Part shown: piece after piece, positions 62,288-64,000 of the stretch
Layout of the letters: every line of letters starts with the position of its first letter
How positions within the stretch are numbered: the first letter of the stretch is position 1
NCBI RefSeq assembly: GCF_003334335.1
Contig: NZ_QOWQ01000022.1
From: Escherichia coli
Lineage (GTDB): Bacteria > Pseudomonadota > Gammaproteobacteria > Enterobacterales > Enterobacteriaceae
Length of the DNA: 64,000 nucleotides
Direction: 5' to 3' (one strand)
Made by a program: the position numbers and the translations under genes
The notes under the pieces: generated by a model
What the model saw: only the letters and a program-made list of their open reading frames with translations
Database searches by the model: none
What the model was told of the DNA's origin: nothing

Positions 62288-64000
62288 TTAAAAATCAGCC
62301 TGACTCGGGATCAGTTTTTGCCAGATAGCTGAAACGTATTTTGCCTGATAACGGGCGTCATCAAGTGCATTATGGCGCTCACCTTCGAATGGGGTAGCAG
62401 TTCTGGCATCGAAGTCTATGGCTTTCCCCAGCTCAACGATTGTGCGTACATCGCGATCGTTGTAGTAACGCCACGGGCAGGGGATCCCCTGCCGTTCGTA
62501 TGAACGGCGCAAAATCGTGTTGTCGAAGTTGGCTCCATTTCCCCAAACCTGAACAAAAAATTCACCGGAGTTTTCGTCGATAAATTCCCGCAATTGTAAC
62601 AGTGCATCATCTAACGGGATTTCATCGGTCATAATGGCAGATTGCGCTTCGCGTGATTGCTTAAGCCACCATTTAATGGTGTCCCGATCAATGACTCCGC
62701 CAGCAGTTTCCAGATCGATAGTCTTACTAAATTCCGGTCCCATATCTCCGGTTTGCGGATCGAAAAATATTGCACCTATTGAGATGATCGGGGCATCAGG
62801 ATTTTTTCCCATGGTTTCAAGGTCGATCATTAGATGGTCACACGTCCTGCTGGTGGATGTGATTTCGTGATGACCGTTCACCTTAATTGGGTGATCTGCC
62901 GTCTCGCCAGTTTCATTATCGCTATTGTGATGCTGATTGCCGCCAGTGTTCTCCTTGTGTGGATGTTCAGCGCCTTCCATTTCCTCCGGATCATCTTCCT
63001 GAACTTCAGGCTGATACTCTTCATCGAATGTTTCCTGGTATGTTGCGTCGCCCATTACCGCGCCACAATCAGGGCAGTTGCCGCCGGTCTGACCGCAGGC
63101 GGTGCAGACTTTTTCCACTTCCTGTTGCGCCACTGATTCAGGCTGTTTCGTTTCTGGCTCGTTTTGTAACGCATTTGGGCTGTTTTGTTCCGCTTTCTGG
63201 TCGTTCTGTTCCGTTTCTTGCTGGTTCTGGTTCACAGAATCGCGGGTCTGGTTCCCCTTAACCCATTTCGGATCATTCGGGTCGCTAATCCCTTCAACAA
63301 ATTCACCACGTGATACTGCAAGCAGTTCATCGGCGTCAGGCTGGCTGATATTGGCTGCCTGCATAATTTTGTTTACTTCGTCAGCGGTAACTTTTACTGA
63401 CCCTGGTTGTGCGGTCGTGTCAGATGCACCAGTATTTTGTTGTGAACCTGAGTATGTACCGTTTTTGCGGGCGAAATATTCTTCTTTCGTGATTTCAGTA
63501 GCCCCAGCAGACAGCGCCTTATCCAGACCAGAAAGTTTGTTTGCGCGACCGTATTTTTCGCCATCCTTGTCGGTGAAGAGGAAGTAGAACGGCCCCTCAC
63601 GTTCTACAGATGGTTCGACTTCCACTTTGCATTCGGTTTTTTCGTTGTCTGGAATTGCCGTTTCCACTGCATCAGTTTCTGGTACTGGCGACGAGAGAGT
63701 ATCAGTTGCGCTCTGATTTGTTCCTTCATCTTCAAACACGCCCTTTGTAGTCAGGTATTCAGTAATGTATTTGTTCAGTGCCACAGGGTCTTTGTGAATG
63801 TCGATCGGACGTTCACGGACAAGGCCAAAAATAGTCTGGCGGTCGTAGCGAAGGGCATCAGGCTGTTTGCGCATTGATGCCGAGATACGCTTCCAGTCTT
63901 CGCGGTCGTTGTCGATAACTTCTTTTTTTGCCCAGCGATGGATGCTGCCGTCAATGTTTCCGGCATCCACATCACCAGGCCAGAGAGCGTAGGCCAGTTC
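62288..64000 (-). CDS. phage exonuclease, partial (N-terminus beyond window): acidic/Gln-rich linker, CxxC-x7-CxxC zinc-ribbon motif and C-terminal DEDDh-type 3'-5' exonuclease domain
   Basis: Reading frame is open to the window edge; C-terminal motifs MIDLETMG, WGNGANFD and HNALDDARYQ are the DnaQ-like DEDDh triad; Cys cluster CTACGQTGGNCPDC. Confidence 0.75.
   Translation of the reverse strand, partial: ELAYALWPGDVDAGNIDGSIHRWAKKEVIDNDREDWKRISASMRKQPDALRYDRQTIFGLVRERPIDIHKDPVALNKYITEYLTTKGVFEDEGTNQSATDTLSSPVPETDAVETAIPDNEKTECKVEVEPSVEREGPFYFLFTDKDGEKYGRANKLSGLDKALSAGATEITKEEYFARKNGTYSGSQQNTGASDTTAQPGSVKVTADEVNKIMQAANISQPDADELLAVSRGEFVEGISDPNDPKWVKGNQTRDSVNQNQQETEQNDQKAEQNSPNALQNEPETKQPESVAQQEVEKVCTACGQTGGNCPDCGAVMGDATYQETFDEEYQPEVQEDDPEEMEGAEHPHKENTGGNQHHNSDNETGETADHPIKVNGHHEITSTSRTCDHLMIDLETMGKNPDAPIISIGAIFFDPQTGDMGPEFSKTIDLETAGGVIDRDTIKWWLKQSREAQSAIMTDEIPLDDALLQLREFIDENSGEFFVQVWGNGANFDNTILRRSYERQGIPCPWRYYNDRDVRTIVELGKAIDFDARTATPFEGERHNALDDARYQAKYVSAIWQKLIPSQADF

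Larger units (their letters stand above)
60780..64000. mobile_element. left end of a lambda-family prophage integrated in serT (att core, P arm, int, xis, exonuclease); continues beyond the window
   Basis: Loss of K-12 colinearity exactly inside serT, followed by integrase, overlapping Xis-like ORF and phage exonuclease, all on the minus strand. Confidence 0.85.

Overview
This window is almost entirely conserved Escherichia coli core chromosome, colinear with the K-12 ycaQ to serT interval (about 55 genes), and it ends at the left junction of a lambda-family prophage integrated into the tRNA-Ser gene serT. Gene identities were assigned by reading the supplied ORF translations and recognising the proteins and the gene order; start codons were moved to the start I recall for the K-12 protein where the ORF track begins further upstream. 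No search or alignment was run, so all comparisons to K-12 are from memory. Core content includes kdsB, the cmoM(smtA)-mukFEB operon, ldtD, aspC, ompF, asnS, pncB, pepN, ssuEADCB, the elf/ycb chaperone-usher fimbrial cluster, pyrD, zapC, rlmL, uup, pqiABC, rmf, fabA, matP, ompA, sulA, sxy, helD, mgsA, rlmI, tusE and yccA. Three things depart from K-12: (1) after yccA only the 3' 60 nt of serT remain (60780-60839), followed by an AT-rich arm, a lambda-like integrase, an overlapping Xis-like ORF and a large exonuclease gene that runs off the window end; (2) the fimbrial usher gene elfC is split into two ORFs, apparently by an internal out-of-frame deletion of roughly 0.5 kb; (3) ompA carries a variant surface-loop allele. 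No CRISPR array or IS element was recognised. I did not find a clearly novel system in the visible sequence; the only accessory DNA is the roughly 3.2 kb prophage edge, whose cargo lies beyond the window.
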